Shown here: positions 25,291 through 38,263 of the stretch, piece after piece
Position numbering within the stretch: the stretch's first letter is position 1
How the letters are laid out: each line of letters starts with the position of its first letter
Assembly: GCF_030144855.1 (NCBI RefSeq)
Contig: NC_082710.1
Span: forward strand, 169,880,001-169,944,000
DNA from: Hypanus sabinus
Lineage: Eukaryota
DNA: 64,000 bases
Reading direction: 5' to 3'
Program-made: the position numbers and the translations under genes
The notes under the pieces: generated by a model
Told to the model about the DNA's origin: nothing
Database searches by the model: none
The model's input: only the letters and a program-made list of their open reading frames with translations

Positions 25291-27061
25291 TGAGGACCTT
25301 CATCAGATGAAGCATTGCTTATAATAGTTGTACAAAGCAGCACTTGGAGCCTTGTGTGCAGTTCTGTCACTGCACAGCAGGAAGAGGTGGAATTACAACG
25401 GAGAGAGTGTAGAACAGAGACACCTGTATGTTAGTTTGGAGGGCTTGAGTTATGAGGAGAGATTGGATGGGATGGGGGTCTGTTTGGCCTGGGCTGTAGG
25501 AGACTGAAAGATGACAGGATAGACTTAAACACATTTTAGGGTAGACAGCCGGTGTCTATTTTCCATGATAATGGGAATGCCTACAACTGGATGATGGGGA
25601 TGACTAAAACTAGATGGTATATGTTTAAGAGAGAGTGCAGGGTTAAAGAGAGTCTAATTCTTTCACACAAAGAGCATTCCTGGAATGAGCTGGACCTGAT
25701 GGTGACAAGATCAGTAACAACATTTAACTCGTCCCTTGATGGTATTTGATGCCTGCAGTAGTTTTTTACGTTGTGGGTGGTCAGTGACTAGAAGGCACTG
25801 CTGAAGATAACGGTTGAGATTGGTACAAAAGGGACATTTAGGAGACTCTTAAATAGGCACAGGGATGGAAGAAAAACAGTTGTGGGCTGTGTAAGAGGGA
25901 AGGGTTAAATTGAATGTCAAGTTGTTTATATTGGACAGCCCAACAATGTGGTTAAATTCTTCATATTCTAATGTCACTATTTTTCTTTCTCTTGCTCTCC
26001 GGCATTCTGTTGGGATCTTTGCTCTACAGCGTACTTAAACAGCAGTTCTGCATGGCCACTCTTAGTACCTGCAGATTGGCCACGTTTTGATATGGCCAGG
26101 TTTGGCCTGAAGTCTGGCACATTCACAGCTTTGCGCAGCCCTGTGGATGCAAATTCTTGCCAGTGTCGTGAACTGAAGTGTAGTGGGAGTAGAACATCAA
26201 AGACGGTGTGAGTGTCTGTTGGAGAACTCTGCACTCGGTGATCACTCTCTCTCAGCGGTGATGGAGAGTTTGCTGCTGATTCTCAGGTCAGGGAACTCAA
26301 AATAAAAAGCAATGCTTTTAACTGTGACTAACATCGAAACCATGCCTGTATGTCTCCACTCTCACTGTGGAAGAGGTGACATCTGTTGGTCCTTTGTTTA
26401 GTGAGGGAGAGTGCTGTGGGATTTTGAACACATTGGGGTGAGCAGTTAGTTTTTGTTGCACTGTAGACCTTTGCTGTTGCTTAGTGATTGGTGGGAATGC
26501 TGATGCTTTATTTTGGAATAAGGGTGGAAAGGGGTATGGCTGAGAGGCTGGCAGGGGGCTGTGGGGTTCTTAAAAAGAGAAAATGACAGAGAAAACGTTA
26601 GTTTTATTTGTTCTGAGGATGTCTGTGGAGAGTAAGAAGTTCAGGTTGTCTATTGTATACATTCTGATATTAAATGGAACCTTTGACCATTGAATTGAAG
26701 GGCCTGTTCTGTACTCTTCTACAACTCAAGAAATCTAACCCATTCTTCTATATAAAACTATTCAAATCCCTCGAATGGATTCCAGCTTGTAACTCGCAAA
26801 TGGGTAATTTTTAGATCACAACTAAAGCATAGCAGAGACACGGGCAGTTTCCGGTGATTATGGGACATCTACAGGAGAATTAAGGTGAGAAATAATGAGC
26901 TTACTGCTGCTTTTGTACAGTATTGGAACGCAAAGACAGAATATTAAAATGTTGCAGTTCTGTCCAACGGTTTCAAACATTGTAATTACTATTGAACTTA
27001 CTTAAAAAGTTGCTCATTGCCCATCAGTAAAACCACAAGACAAGATATTCCCCAATAATAG

Positions 27062-27086
27062 TTTATTGCCATTTGTTCATAGAACA
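27062..27086 (-). promoter_or_regulatory. IER3-A 3'UTR CDE-type stem-loop and poly(A) signal
   Basis: Minus strand TGTTC-TAT-GAACA (27086-27074), then AATAAA (27067-27062). Confidence 0.7.
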
Positions 27087-27537
27087 TACAGTTAATATCG
27101 TTTCAACATTTGTGAATGAAGTTACAAACAGGTACTCAGAGCGAGACCTGAACAGTTTGTGTTCCAAGATACATTATAGTTTCATCAATCAAAGTCGCTC
27201 GCACAGCAAGCACACAAATAAAATATTAGATAAATAGATAATGTTTAATATAGTTAGGTGGCATTTACTGCCCCAGGTTTGCTACGGGGTAGCCTAATAA
27301 ATGACGAATAATTAAACGTGGTCGACGTTTAACAACAGTTACCTCTTCCGCCTGCAAAGTCCTGCAGGGAGGGCCCCCGACATGCAAGCCCCGAGTCCTG
27401 ACAAGACCTGGAAAGACACCTCCACCTCCCCTCTAAATTGCAAGCGGTGCATCCTGGCGACCGAGCTGACACTCATTTTATTAGCCGAGGAAAGCCCGAG
27501 TCAAATTTACCAAGCGACTGAGGCCGGCGGCATCTCT

Positions 27538-28918
27538 TCACCGTGCAAGGGAACTGGATTTCAGGCCGTCCCCGCTCTTGACCTCACGGAGGCCCAAGAC
27601 GACGCACCGCCGATCGGGAAGATCTCTGGCAATTCCCTGGTGGAGCGACGACCCGTTCCGTCTGCACACATGGACGATTGATCCAGCGATTCTGACCCGT
27701 GGGATCCCCACGGCTGAGCTGGCTCCAGCCCCCGATATGGGCAGGTTTGGCAGTACCAGGGCGGATCTGTTAGTGGGCAACAACGGAGTCACGTCGCCTG
27801 GTGCCGCCGGAGCAGCGAGCTCCTCGTTGCCCTCTGTGGCTTCGTACACCTGGAGCAGGACAATGGCCAGGAACAGGAAGAACATCCTCTTCACCCAGTC
27901 CTTCTTTTCCGGCGGGAGATACTTTCTGACCTGCAGATGAACAACAGAAACCATCAACATTGCTATTGCACTTATCATGGCTTAACAACTCAAAGCTCTT
28001 TACAGTCTACCGCGTATGTTCCGTCTTGTGCTTATAATCGCGATCGCTCCAGGCAAAATTTGCGCGCAGAAAGATTTACACGATCAGCAACCGTCAGATC
28101 TCTCGTTTCCGTTCCCACAAACAACTCCCGCATGGAGCATTGTTTCAGGGATAAATAACCTGAACCGATGTGGAAGGGGGTGGAACGCCAGGGAGAACTG
28201 ATCCAAACTCCAAGTTGCAATCTGCTATTCCCCTGAACTCCTATCGCCTGAGTAAAGTGACCAGGAAAGTCTGCAACAAAGACTGTCCCCCTCAGCACCA
28301 GATGCGGACACTTGGGAGAACATTTACCGTTTATTTTGCTCTACACCCGCCCCCTCCCACTTCGGTATTTTCTGAGAGTATTGAAGCAGGGAATCCAAAC
28401 ATGAACAGGGGGTGCTGACATTCCCCTTATCTACACTCTCCCTCACGCCCAGCCAATACAAACAGCCCAAATCCATCCATAACAAAATCAACCTGACTTT
28501 ACAAGTGAGTCCTCTTTTAGTTTTGATCATGACCTGCAGATGCGCGCCAGTTTAACACCTGCAATCGGTTTGGGAGCTCTCCACATTAAATGACCGGTTG
28601 CTTGAAGTACTAAGAGATTGGCGCAGTTTTAAAGGACAGTGCACATTGGGCATTGATTGAGATGGGGTTAAGATCAATTTAATATATTCTGGGGAATTGG
28701 ACACTTACCTGCGCCGGATAGAGGACTTTAACAGCTCGGCGCCTTCCCGGGGACCGGCCACCGATCGACCCACGGCGCTTGACCACTGCGACTGGCTGGA
28801 AGGAGAAGATCTCCGGCTCGATGCCCCTCTGCTTTTTCAGGAATGGGTCGTCCCTGTACTCCAGCGAGAGCCCGGGGACCATGGAGGCTCGCTGGGGGTG
28901 GTGGCAGCCCCTACACAT
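27538..28918 (-). CDS. IER3: Immediate early response 3 (IEX-1)-like protein, copy A; exons 28918-28709 and 27930-27538; 200 aa
   Basis: Spliced ORF MCRGCHHP..EPEIFSFQP..GRRRAVKVLYPAQ|VRKYLPPEKKDWVKRMFFLFLAIVLLQVYEATE matches IER3 motifs (PEIFTF, RRVLYP.V|VRRQLP, hydrophobic TM stretch); CAG|GTAAGT donor, polypyrimidine-CTGCAG acceptor, phase-0 778-nt intron; CpG-rich; AU-rich 3'UTR. Confidence 0.9.
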
Positions 28919-28989
28919 TGCTTCGTGGATCTGAGGAGGGTGTAACTAGACAACAACGGGAGGAGAAAAATCTGTGCTCTGAGGTTTCC

Positions 28990-29100
28990 AGTGGACGCGG
29001 GGCAATTTAAAGCCCAATCACTTCCTGCTTTCCCCAGCTCTCGCTGTCCGATTGGGTGCCTTTGATGGAGCCATCGCTGCCCCGCCTCCTGTTACACCAG
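28990..29100 (-). promoter_or_regulatory. IER3-A proximal promoter
   Basis: TATA-like TTTAAATT (29011-29004), CCAAT boxes (29014-29018, 29055-29051), ETS CAGGAAGTG (29027-29019), TCF/LEF-like CCTTTGAT (29059-29066), GC box (29080-29089). Confidence 0.6.
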
Positions 29101-29489
29101 CTTTGAGACCGCATATTTCTTTTATTTCATTTCGGGGAATAAGCTCTGGAAATAAGCCTCGAAAATGTCAGAGCAAGTTACAGCCTGACGGTTTTAGCAA
29201 TAAGCAGCTTACTTAGGTTGTCGTTGTAGATAGCACTCAAGCCGTGACCAGATTATAACACAAGCCTCAACGCAAAGTCTGCAGCTGCATTTCTCAAGTA
29301 TTTCTCCTGAGGAAGCTCATTGCTTAAAAAGGCCATAAACCATTTTTGGGGGGACAGCAGTAACAGGACACTCGGCCTCAGCCCCATCTGCCCTCTCATT
29401 ACAGCAGTCATAAACACAATAGATTCTGCAGATGCTGAAAATCCTGAGCAACACACACAAAATGCCCGAGAAAACGCCTGATCTAACTT

Positions 29490-30900
29490 CCACCCCCTGT
29501 TTATCAAAGCTTTAGCGAATCTCCTTAAGATATACATTAACCCTTTGACAAATATTATTGTACAAACGCAACATCCTCCCAATGAAAAGTGCCTCAGTTT
29601 CATCAACTTTGCCTCCAATTTCCACCCTGCCCTTAAATTCACTTGGTCCATCTCTGTCATCTCGCTCCCCTTTCTCAATCTCTGTTTCGAGCTCTGGGGA
29701 GGAACTGTCAACAGGCATCTTCTATAAGCCTACTGATTTGGTTATCTTGACTATATCTCTTCCCATCCTATCTCCTGTAAAAATACTATTCCCTTTTCTC
29801 AGTTCCTTCACCTCTGCCGTTTCTGTTCCCAGGATATGGCTTTCCATTCCAGGACCTCCCTCTTCACAGAACCCTAATGTATTTCCCTCCCTCCATTACT
29901 GATGCTGCTCTCACCTGCATCTCCTGCATTTCCCAAACATCCACGCTCACCTCCATCTTCTTGCCACCTTAACAATGAGTTCCTTTTGTCCTTACCTACC
30001 ACCCCATCAGCATTCACATCCAACACATCATCCTCTGCAACTTCTGCCATCTCCAAAGGGATTCCTCCACTAAACACATCGTAACCTCCTCCCAACTCTG
30101 CTTTCTGTAGAGATTGCTCCCTCTGCAATTCTCTTGTCCATTTGTCCCTCCCAACTAATTGCCCTCCTGGCACCTATCCCTGCAAGTGGACTAAGTTCTA
30201 CACCTGCCCATATACCTCCTCCCGCACCTCCATTCAGGGTTCCAAGCAGTCTTTCCAGGTGATGCAGTGCTTCACCTGCAAATGTTCTGGGGTTAGCTAT
30301 TGTATCTGTTGCTCACAAAGTGGCCTCCTCTATATTAGTGAGGGCAGTCGTAAATTGGAGAACCAGTTTATCAAGCACGTCTGCCCTGTCTGCCACAAGT
30401 GGAATTTCTCAGAGGCCAGACATTTTAAATCACATTCACATTCCCATTCCAACATGTCAGTCCATGGCTTCCTCTTCCGCTGGATGAAGCCATAAGGAGC
30501 AACACCTTATACTCTGTGTGTAGCCTCCAACCTGATGGTATAAATATTGATTTCTCTTTCCAGTAAAAAAAATCCCCCCCCCCTTGTCTATTCAGCACTC
30601 TGACTCACTACCTCTTCTCATCTGTCTATCACTTCCCTTTGGGTCCTCTCCTCCTTCCCTTTCTTCTGTAGTCCAATCTCCTCTCATATTAGATTCTCCC
30701 TTCTCCAATCCTTGATCTTTCCCACCCACCTGGCTACACCTATCACCTTTCAGCTAACCTCCTTTCGCTCCACCCGCCTTTCTATTTTGGTAGCTTCCCT
30801 GTTCCTTCTCAATCCTGACGAATAGTCTCAACCCAAAATGTTGACTACTTATGTATTTTCATAGATACTGCCTGGCCTGCTGTGTTCCTCCAGCATTTTA
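29490..30900 (+). mobile_element. Penelope-like element 3' part (RT thumb + GIY-YIG) with terminal repeat
   Basis: FINFASNFHPALKFTWSIS..LPFL, GVSYCICCSQSGLLYISEGSRKL (GIY-YIG), pyrimidine-rich 3'UTR, decayed CTGACGA..aaatgttgac motif at ~30815. Confidence 0.75.
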
Positions 30901-31675
30901 AACCATAGGACATTGGAGCAGAATTAGGCCATTTGGCTCATTGAGTCTGGTCTGTCAATTCATCATAGCTGATCCATTTCCCCCTCTCAGCTCCACTCTC
31001 CTGCCTACTCCCAGTTTTACTTCACACCCTGACTAATCAAGAATCTAGCAACCTCTGCCTTAAATACTTCCAATGAATTGGCCTCCACAGCTGCCTGTGG
31101 CAATTAATTCTAGATTCCTCTGTGCGTGTGTGCATGCATGCATGTGCGTGTGCGGTTCTTGGATTTCCAACATCTGCAGCCTCTCACATTTATGAATTTC
31201 CCTTCACATCTGAACAGGATGGGTGACTCTTTCCCTATTTGCAAACATAGCACATCTGGATTCTTCCACAGGAATCAGAATCAGTTTATTATACTGAGAA
31301 AAAGTCATAACTTTTGTTGTTGTGCAGCAGAAGTGCTGAGCAAAGCACAAAAATGAGTAAGTTACAATAAATGGTACATGGAGCTTAGAATATTAGAGGG
31401 CTATGGGTAACCTTCAGTAATTTCTAAAGTACATGTTCAGCATAGCATTGTGGGCCAAAGGGCCTGTATTGTGCTGTAGGTTTTCTATGTTTCTAAATAG
31501 AATAGTAGAAAATGGGAATAGTGAATTAGTGTTTCTATGAAAAAGTTTCTACATCCACCTCAAAGTTGTCAGAGTGGTTAAAAAGAGATATGGTAATTGG
31601 CCTTCAATAGTCAAGGGTTTGATTTCAAGAGGTGAAGGTAATATTGCAGCTCTAAAAAAAATCTAGTTAGACCAC

Positions 31676-32160
31676 TGTTGTGATGGAAAATAACTGGTTC
31701 TTTGAGTCTCAACAGTAGAGGCCTGGACACACACAGTTTTAATAATAAGGAATTTATTTACAAGAGGAAGTCAGGTCAACACAAGCAACTACAATACACA
31801 GGAAGTGGTGTAGGGGACAGGGTTTGGTTACACAAACAAAGAACAAGGGAAAAGCACTACGACAGCTATCCCCTTTGACCTTGGATAGCTGCAGCTCCCT
31901 TACCAGGACAAACGATAGACCTTCCCAAACATAAATCAATGCACTTACCTCCAATGAGGTGGTCTGTAAGAGAGGTCGATTCAGGGACAAGTCTCACCTT
32001 TTATAGCATGGGGCTGGGCGAGATAATCCAATTAAGGTGACCAATAATTTAGGTGTGCATTGATTAGTTGGGAGGGACCAAAAGTTGATTGGCATGTGGT
32101 GTGTCCTCCGACCAGCCAGGTGGCAGTGCATCTGTCACATGGCCGGTATCTCTGGATACA
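31676..32160 (-). repeat. 3' LTR (485 bp)
   Basis: ~96% identical to 38264-38746 (about 18 substitutions + 2 indels by eye); TATAAAA ~32000, splice donor AG|GTAAGT at 31948, AATAAA 31758-31753; preceded by PPT GAGGGGTGGAG (32171-32161). Confidence 0.95.
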
Positions 32161-32259
32161 CTCCACCCCTCGGAAGACGCACCAGATAGCCAACATACAT
32201 AAGAGGGTGAAACAAAATCGCATATACCAGAAATAACCAATTTTGAGCAGCTAAGTAAA

Positions 32260-33459
32260 TGCAGAGACACTCTTAATCAGCTGGTATGAGCAACATAGTA
32301 TAGAAATGGCTATGATTACAAGAATGAGTGCGATGGACCAGTGAATGACAATTGCCTACCACCCCCTAGGGACCCAAACGGCCACCAATTGCCCCATGAG
32401 GTGTTGTGCTGGAGGAGCTGGTCCCTTGATTTTTGAGTTTTAGCCACCGAGTCCCGAATGTGAGCGATGTTGCTGGACTCATCAGGGATAAAGGTACAGC
32501 GTTCCACCATCAGCAGCGAGTAGGTAATCCAGTGCCATTCGGTTCTGCAGGGCGACCATCCTGACAGCTGTTAGTTCTGCCGCCGTTCGGGTGAGGGCAT
32601 CCTCCGTGTGTTGCAGGGCCACTGCCGTCTCGTTGGCCAGAGTCTCGAGCACACTGGTCATCTGGATCACCTCCCGGGACAGCCGGGCCGTACCATAACT
32701 GGGAAAGGCCATCATCCAGAACCTCTCTGCCTCTGTAATGGCCCTCTTGTCCCGGTGGCCGCTGTACGCCGGATGCTCCCCAAGGTCATTCAGGGGGTGG
32801 ATGAAGGGCACTACATGTGCTGGAAAGCAGCAGCCGTACCAGCTCGTGGGGAGCCACAGGTTGGCGCGGTGGCCGCAGATCCAGTGGGTCCCGTTTAGAG
32901 TCCAGGGAGCTCCCAGTTTAGCGGCATCGTCGGCAGTGGTCACTGGGGCACCCGGGTACCAGTTTTGCTGACAGTTGCTGTGACCAACGGAAAAGTCAGA
33001 AGTGTGCGCATTGCGGAGTCTGCACCAGCATTTGTTAGGTATACTCAGTGGCTGTGGAATAGAGTTATGGAATAGAGGGTGGGGACTCGGGTGGAGGTCA
33101 AATTGTAGGCAGCGAAATACCAGTTCCTGAAGCACCCACCCCATCGGGGGTCAAGGGAAGAGATGTTGTGGAGTGGGGAGGAGAGTGATGGGGGACCGCC
33201 AGCAGGGCCCCCCCCAAACAGATATGCCAAAACCAGCAGGAGCAAACAGTCTGTGTAAACAGTTCATCTCAATGTCATCCAGCGGGATCGGCGTGAGTGG
33301 CAGCGCATCATCAGCGTGTGCTGGGGCCCGCAAGCAGATCCAGCAGTCCGATCTGTTGGTGTTGCTGGCAAACTCGTAAGCGACCCTGAGGAAGGTGTTG
33401 GCAACTGTCACGGAGCCGAGCATCGCAGCGACCAGGAGGGATGACTGGAGTCGCACCAT
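32260..33459 (-). pseudogene. env: ERV env (gamma-type), frameshifted
   Basis: Signal peptide MVRLQSSLLVAAMLGSVTVA, CWIC (CXXC), furin site RDKR, heptad region, ISD LQNRMALDYLLAADGG, CTFIPD remnant, TM AIVIHWSIALILVIIAISILCC; splice acceptor ccctctacag|G at 33463. Confidence 0.9.
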
Positions 33460-33505
33460 TGTCCTGTAGAGGGAGACGGGGGTGGGGGTAGGTGCAGGAG
33501 GAAAC

Positions 33506-36500
33506 TCATTCCCGTCTGGTTAAATGCCGGGTACGTAAACAGGACAAATCAGATTTGCCCGGAATGGCAACCCAGCGGGTGTCCCCTGGACCGCGCGCGA
33601 CAATTTCTCCCTTTCTGGGGAGGCTCTGCGGCTGTCGGATCCATACTCTGCCCGATTCCTCGGCTCGGGGGGCTTCGGTGGTTTCCCAGTCGGGAGATGG
33701 GGACTGAGCCGGGTGGCGGGCCAGTGGGGATCCCCCTTCGCTAGTAGGCCGTGTGTTTAACTGGTCGACGGCCTGCTGAAGGACATTTAGCCACCCCTGC
33801 AGCGTGCGAGAGGGTGTCAGAGTGCGGATTCTTTCCTTGAGCAGGCCGTTCATTCTTTCAATTAAGCCCGATGCCTGGGGGTGGTGGGGTATATGGAACA
33901 GCCACGAGATCCCCGCCTCAGCCGCCCATGTCTGGGCTTTGGTCCCAGCAAAGTGTGAGCCCTGATCGGATTGTACCTCCCATGGGACCCCATAGAGAGA
34001 GGAGAGGTGTTGTAATCCTCTGATGGTGCCGTTCTAGTCGGCCCTGTCACAGGGCACCACCACCAGGACACCTGGGTATGTGTCCACCATCGTGAGGACG
34101 TACTGCTTCTTATTCTGTCACCGTAGCGGTCCGATACAGTCGATTTGCCATACCTGACCCGCTCCCGTGCCGCGACGAATGTGGCCCGGTGGCCCTATCG
34201 GCCAGTCCCGTGGCCGGACTTGCTGGCAGATGGGGCGGTTACCTGCAGAGGTTTTACATTGATCGAGTGTCAAGGCGACTCCGAATCGTTCAGCCCAGCG
34301 CCGCGTGCCATCGGCCCCTAAGTGGCCACCTTTACGGTGTGCCCACGCGGCTATTGCACTGGGGTCTGTGTCAGGGGTGGAAGTGGTGGCAGATGATAAT
34401 TGGGCAGCCTGGTCCACAGCAGCGTTAAACGTTGCCTCTTCATTATCTTTCCGGGTATGGGCATCCACATGGTGGACAGAAATTTTCCTGTGGGTAGCCT
34501 GGTCCCAAATGAAATGCCAGTGGTGCTGTCCCCAGAGGGAACGTCCGTGTATTTCCCACCCCATGTCTTGCCACCGGGCCATCCACAGCGCAATGCCGTT
34601 AGCTACTGCCCAGGAGTCAGTGTAGATGTGGACTGGTCCGGTAGTGTTTTGAGGGATGAGGGCTACTGCCGCCAGCTCGGAAAGTTGACTGGAACCCCCC
34701 TCCCCCTCGGTGGTTAAAATTCTTCCCGTGGCGGGATGAAGTGCTGCCGCTTTCCAAAATTGTTTACCCTCTTTCCAGCGGCTGGAGCTGTCTGTGAACC
34801 AGGCGCGCAGTTTGCTGTCGGGGTCGAGGGAATCGAAGGGTTGACCCCAACATGCTGGAGAGGGTTGTACCTCGGGGATGTCCGGGGCAGGGTCCTGGGA
34901 CTGGGGGAAAGCCATGACTTGTTCATGGAGGCGGCTGACCCCTTCAGGACCGGGCTCAGCCCGGTCTGCAATGTACCACTTCCACTTGACAAATGGAGGA
35001 CCTCTGAGCACGGCCCTCCTTGTGGGTAGAATCGGGGGACTTGACCCATCGCATTATGGGCAGATGGGGGCGAAGGACGACAGGGTCGGTGCCTGTTTGG
35101 TGTTCTGTGGCGAGGAGCGGCAGGTAGCAGGCTAGTAGCTGGCGCACAAAGGGGCTGTAGCGCACTGCCGCTTCAGGTAGGGACATAGTCCAGAAGCCGA
35201 GGGGGACTCTGCGCCCTGGGGTCTTCTGCCAGAGGCTCCACTCGGCGACCGTCTCGCTCGCTGAGACCTGTAACTCAAAAGGCAGACCCGCGTGGCAGTG
35301 CCATGGCTTGTTCCACCGCTAGTTTTGCCGTATCAAAGGCAGCCTGTTCCGCTGGCCCCCACAGAAATGTGGATTTTTTCCTGGAGATCCTATAGCGCGG
35401 CCGGAGAAGCATGGGAAAGTGGGGAATATGCTGCCGCCAATAGCCCAGGAGCCCCACGAATCTCTGTGTGTCAGTTTTATTCGAGGGGACGGCAAAAATT
35501 AAATTTTATTTTTGGCGGCATCGGGTATGCTTCTATGCCCGGAGTTCCATTGTACTCCAAGGAAAATGACACCCTGGCTGGGGCCCTGTATTTTTTCCAT
35601 ATTAATGGCCCAGCCCCGTCCCCTGAGGGATTCAATCAGCATGTGAAGGGCCTTTGACACAATGGTCTCAGAAGGACCTTGGAGAAGAATATCATCTATA
35701 TAATGTGCAATCGAAATCTCCAGTGGGAATTGGATGTAGTGTAAATCGCGGGAGACAAGCCCATGGCAAATTGTGGGGCTGTGAATGTAGCCTTGGGGCA
35801 GGCGATTAAATGTGTTTTGTCTGCTATCCCAAGTAAAGGCAAACTGGTCTCGGCTATCTGAGTGCAGGGGAATCGAGAAAAATGCATTCGCTTAATCGAC
35901 AACAGCGTACCAGGGTTTATGGGGACGGCCTGCGATGTCTTCAATAAGGGTGACAATGTCAGGCCAGCCTTGTTCAGTTGCCTATAATCAACGGTCATCC
36001 GCCAGGAGCCGCTCCTCTTATGGACGGGCAAAATGAGGCTATTGAAAGGCGAGGCAGCGGTTCTAATAATTCCCTCCCGTAACAGGGCTTGAATGGAGTC
36101 TGCGATTTCTTTGTGCCCCCCCCCCCCGGCACTCTGTACTGACTGTTACAGATGATCTTGGAGGGAGGGGGAAATAACAATTGACTCCCACTTGGCCACC
36201 CCGACGACAATAGTGGCTCACGCGATGCCGAAGGTGAACTTGCCCCTGTTTGTTTCAAGTGATTGTCCCTTTAAAACATTGATCCCGAGGATACATTCTG
36301 GGGAGGAGGCAATAAGGACTTGTACACGTCTGGGGGAATGGTTGCCTATGGCTAGGCGAAGGGTGACCTTCCTAGCTGGTAACAGGGAGCCCCCCAATCC
36401 CTCTATCTGCATGTCCGTACCCCTCCATAAGGCAGGATTGCCTGGGATAATCGTGTGCTGGGCGCCTGTGTCGACAAGCGCCATCCACCTCTGTGTGTTT

Positions 36501-36598
36501 CCTTTTCCCCGATGTACTGTAACGGGTACATGTGGCCTCAGGTCCCCCGGGCGGGAAAGGGCGAGAGAGCAAATGCGCCGGGGGCCCTGGCCTTCATC
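33506..36598 (-). pseudogene. pol: ERV pro-pol (protease, RT, tether, RNase H, integrase), disrupted
   Basis: ALVDTGAQ; WRMTVDYRQLN; HYIDDILL (~35685-35704); GLLGYWRQHIP; WFTDSSS/IYTDSWAVANG/HVDAH RNase H; WAH..GH zinc finger, WQIDCIGPL, QSDQGSHF, IERMNGLLK integrase. Confidence 0.92.
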
Positions 36599-38206
36599 CT
36601 AAGGGAGGGGGGAAGAGGGCTGCCACGCCGGGGGTGAGGCACTTTGCTGGTGGAGGTGGGACATTTCCTGCCTGACGAGCTGTCTGAGTTCTGCTTCGAG
36701 ACGGTTTCGGGCAGGAGAGGCGCGGAGGGTGGCTCGGTGTGGGTGGTCTTTTTGTAAGTAGTCTTCCCCCTACAATGCTCCTTCCACAGGGCATATAGGT
36801 TGGGGGTGGGGATGCCATCTATCTGGTTACGATCCACCCCTGCACGCAGCAGGTCCGTGTACAGCTGCCTGCGTGTATATCTTGAGGGATAGTGTCTCGG
36901 GCCCTTGTCTCGGTATTCCGGACCTGCGCAGGTGCCCCCCTCTGCATATATTCTAGTCCCTCCAGGAGGGTGATGGCGTCCCGTACAGTCCTACCGCTGG
37001 CTGGTGCCATGAGGGGCAGGATTACCGACTTCAGATCGGGGCGTGCGGTAGTGACCAAGTATCCCGCTAGGGCACCGGTCTCTCGTGTGTTTTCAAGGAA
37101 GTTACGGTCACAGGCACCTTGATAGATGCCGTTGACCAGTGCCCATTCCCTGATAACCCGGGTGCCCTCACTGACCGTACCCCATTGCAGGCGCCCGTGC
37201 AGATCCCGCTCCAGATGTGTGGGATAGTGAGCTCGTACCGCGGTCACTACCCGATCCCACAGGGTTGTGCCGTCGCGGATTTCTACTTGTGGCGCCCGCA
37301 GCGCATTGTTTATGCTCTGCTGGTCGGAGAGGCTTCCCAGGGCGCTTGCCTCCTGATGGGAGAGGCTGAGGTTGGGCCCCCCCTCGTCCCACAGCCGGAG
37401 CAGCCAGGCCGTGAGGTGCTCGCCTGGTCGTTGGCGGTAGCGATCCGCCAGTTGGGTCAGTTCCTTGGGGGAGAAGTCCCGGGTCTCCGTGGTCTCGGAG
37501 TGACTGGGGAAGGTCTGGCCGTCTCCCCCTCGTTCCCTTCCTCCCTGCGGTGAACCTGAGACCGCGTGGTGACGGGTCGCTCATGTTGGAGGTCGGGTGA
37601 GAAGGGGGAAGGGTGGTTGTGGGACCTTGGTTCCTTGGGCACCCCCTCGTCGTCACTATCCAGCCAGATGTCCCCATTCCCCAGCCATGCGTCCAGCTTG
37701 TCACCACACTGGACTAAGGCTCGAATCTTTAATGGGTCCGGCTGCCAGCCAGACTGACGGGCTGCCCTGGCCGGCTGAAGTTTTATGAGGCGACAGGCAA
37801 GTTCAGTTCCCCTAACTTCAAGGTCATTGGCTCGGGCCTGGGCAGCCTGTGCTGCTTTCTTCAGCGTGCAACAACGCTGACTGAGGTCTTCAATTTCCCT
37901 GTCCTTCTGACCACACAAGTGCTGCAGGTGATCAGTAATTCTAACCTGGCGTCTCAGCAGGGACGCAAACAACCAGAAGGCACCCCTTGGACTCCCCTTG
38001 GCTTTGGGGAACTCTGATTCCTTCAGGACGGAGACCACATGATGGCCCAGCTTCTCTCCACAGGGCTCTAACTGCTCAGACCAGTCCACTGGTTTTCCGT
38101 GGTCTGCCGGCATGCTGGCCAGACTCTCAAATCCCTCCCTTTCATCAGCCCACCCGGGGATATCCTGGGAGCCTGCATTGGCTTTCTTCCCCTTATTCCA
38201 GAACAT
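36599..38206 (-). pseudogene. gag: ERV gag (ERV-L-like, no CCHC knuckle seen), frameshifted
   Basis: ATG at 38206 (MFWNKGKK..IPGW), coiled-coil region, C-terminal GVDRNQIDGIPTPNLYALW motif typical of ERV-L gag; TAG at 36601-36599 in frame with protease (D.RPHV..LVDTGA). Confidence 0.8.
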
Positions 38207-38242
38207 TATCCCCTGTGCTTGTGTCCAGCCAAAACCTACAAG

Positions 38243-38261
38243 ACCCTGCTCCGCAGCGCCA
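38243..38261 (-). other. Primer binding site, tRNA-Ser-like (TGGCGCTGCGGAGCAGGGT)
   Basis: Starts 2 nt after the LTR-terminal CA; resembles the complement of tRNA-Ser(CGA/UGA) 3' ends from recall. Confidence 0.65.
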
Positions 38262-38263
38262 AA

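Noticed and set aside
27931-27978. Unspliced N-terminal extensions of the exon 2 ORFs (MISAIAML.. / MNDCYC..)
   Set aside because: Intronic, not conserved between copies; a canonical acceptor explains the structure
32260-33459. Domesticated syncytin-like env
   Set aside because: Env is frameshifted in SU and across the CX6CC region, so no intact protein
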